Of a stretch of 39,311 nucleotides of DNA, positions 38,292 to 39,311 are shown one piece after another. The stretch is from a virus. The translations under genes were made by a program, and so were the position numbers. The DNA lies in UHGV virus genome UHGV-0361196; one strand, written 5' to 3'. The notes under the pieces are model-generated. The model had not been told where the DNA came from. It worked only from the letters and a program-made list of their open reading frames with translations, and made no database searches. The first letter of the stretch is position 1, and the number at the start of each line of letters is the position of its first letter.

Positions 38292-38320
38292 TCAACCCAT
38301 GATGTTTTTTAAGATAGTGG
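38231..38320 (+). promoter_or_regulatory. mom operon promoter region with Dam-methylation (GATC) cluster
   Basis: Three GATC sites within 35 bp (38235..38238, 38253..38256, 38266..38269), then T6 tract 38305..38310 and candidate -10 TAAGAT; matches the known Mu mom promoter architecture; RBS AAAGGAGG before com. Confidence 0.6.
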
Positions 38321-38343
38321 CGAATTGATGCAAAGGAGGTGAG

Positions 38344-38532
38344 ATGAAATCAATTCGCTGTAAAAACTGCAACAAACTGTTATTTAAGGCGGATTCCTTT
38401 GTTCACATTGAAATCAGGTGTCCGCGTTGCAAACGTCACATCATAATGCTGAATGCCTGCGAGCATCCCACGGAGAAACATTGTGGGAAAAGAGAAAAAA
38501 TCACGCATTCTGACGAAACCGTGCGTTATTGA
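38344..38532 (+). CDS. com: Com, zinc-finger translational activator of mom
   Basis: 62 aa with CxxC...CxxC (CKNCN, CPRCK); near-identical to Mu Com as recalled. Confidence 0.9.
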   Translation: MKSIRCKNCNKLLFKADSFVHIEIRCPRCKRHIIMLNACEHPTEKHCGKREKITHSDETVRY

Positions 38533-39190
38533 GTATGAAGGCCAGATTGTTGGCTATGGTTCAAAGGAGCTGCGCGTTGAAACCATATCCTGCTGGCTGG
38601 CCCGCACAATTATTCAGACAAAGCACTATTCCCGCCGTTTTGTGAATAACTCTTACCTCCACCTGGGAGTATTCAGCGGACGCGATCTGGTTGGCGTTCT
38701 CCAGTGGGGATATGCCCTTAACCCCAACTCAGGTCGTCGTGTCGTGCTTGAAACGGATAACCGGGGCTATATGGAGTTGAATCGCATGTGGCTACACGAC
38801 GACATGCCCCGCAACTCTGAATCACGGGCCATCAGCTACGCGCTGAAAGTTATCAGATTACTGTATCCGTCAGTGGAGTGGGTTCAGTCATTTGCTGACG
38901 AACGCTGCGGATGCGCAGGCGTTGTGTATCAGGCGTCGAATTTTGATTTTATTGGCAGCCATGAAAGCACGTTCTACGAGCTGGATGGTGAGTGGTATCA
39001 CGAGATAACGATGAACGCAATTAAGCGCGGTGGACAACGAGGCGTGTATTTACGGGCTAATAAAGAGCGTGCCGTGGTGCACAAATTTAATCAGTATCGC
39101 TACATCAGGTTCCTGAACAAGCGAGCAAGGAAGCGGCTAAATACTAAGCTATTCAGGGTTCAGCCATACCCTAAAAGCACTCCCGATTAG
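38453..39190 (+). CDS. mom: Mom, DNA modification protein (adenine modification, anti-restriction)
   Basis: ORF overlapping the 3' end of com in another frame, as in Mu; matches Mu Mom as recalled; the true start is probably downstream of 38453, near the com stop. Confidence 0.85.
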   Translation: MPASIPRRNIVGKEKKSRILTKPCVIEYEGQIVGYGSKELRVETISCWLARTIIQTKHYSRRFVNNSYLHLGVFSGRDLVGVLQWGYALNPNSGRRVVLETDNRGYMELNRMWLHDDMPRNSESRAISYALKVIRLLYPSVEWVQSFADERCGCAGVVYQASNFDFIGSHESTFYELDGEWYHEITMNAIKRGGQRGVYLRANKERAVVHKFNQYRYIRFLNKRARKRLNTKLFRVQPYPKSTPD

Positions 39191-39268
39191 TATCAAATAA
39201 TTTTTCGTTGTGCCGTTTTGGGTGGTATCAAAAAAAATTCAAAACGGTATCAAATGATTTTGCGCGCT
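39186..39268. repeat. right end (attR-like) with three putative transposase-binding repeats
   Basis: GTATCAAA at 39190..39197, 39225..39232 and 39247..39254, the reverse complement of the left-end TTTGATAC motif; the outermost 14-mer AAATCATTTGATAC is shared by both ends in inverted orientation. Confidence 0.6.
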
Positions 39269-39278
39269 TTATACTGAT

Positions 39279-39311
39279 GTTGTTGTTCCTGCTACTGCTA
39301 CTGCTACTGCT
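39279..39311. repeat. short microsatellite in right flank
   Basis: (GTT)3 at 39279..39287 followed by (GCTACT)3 at 39291..39308, running to the window edge. Confidence 0.5.

Larger units (their letters stand above)
2695..39268 (+). mobile_element. Mu-like transposable prophage, apparently complete; boundaries approximate (about +/-10 bp)
   Basis: Canonical Mu gene order from repressor/ner/A/B through late genes to com/mom; imperfect terminal inverted repeats with three TTTGATAC-containing sites at each end; candidate 5-bp direct repeat TTATA at 2690..2694 and 39269..39273. Confidence 0.8.

Noticed and set aside
1-39311. Integrase, excisionase or tRNA attachment site for the prophage
   Set aside because: None found and none expected. 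The element has a DDE transposase and ATPase with terminal inverted repeats, so it integrates by transposition rather than site-specific recombination.

Overview
The window holds about 2.7 kb of flanking replicon DNA (1..2694), an apparently complete Mu-like transposable prophage of about 36.6 kb (approx. 2695..39268), and about 40 bp of right flank ending in a short microsatellite. The left flank carries a 453-aa hypothetical protein and an orphan N6-adenine DNA methyltransferase. Prophage gene order is canonical for Mu: repressor (minus strand), ner, DDE transposase A, ATPase B, an AT-rich early region of small ORFs containing gam, gemA and mor, late activator C, lysis cassette, terminase, portal, head, contractile tail, baseplate, tail fibre and chaperone, then com-mom at the right end. 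The element looks mosaic: the immunity/transposition module and end repeats differ from phage Mu as I recall it, while gam, mor, C, endolysin, com and mom look nearly Mu-identical. There is no gin invertase, only an inverted relic of a second tail-fibre-assembly gene. The best candidates for an undescribed function are two clusters of uncharacterised small early genes (zinc-ribbon, Cys-rich and HTH proteins) at 6993..8474 and 9116..11501, but I could not identify a specific novel system from sequence alone. No rRNA, tRNA or CRISPR array was seen. All calls come from reading the ORF translations and recalled family features; no database search was run, and start codons and element boundaries are approximate.
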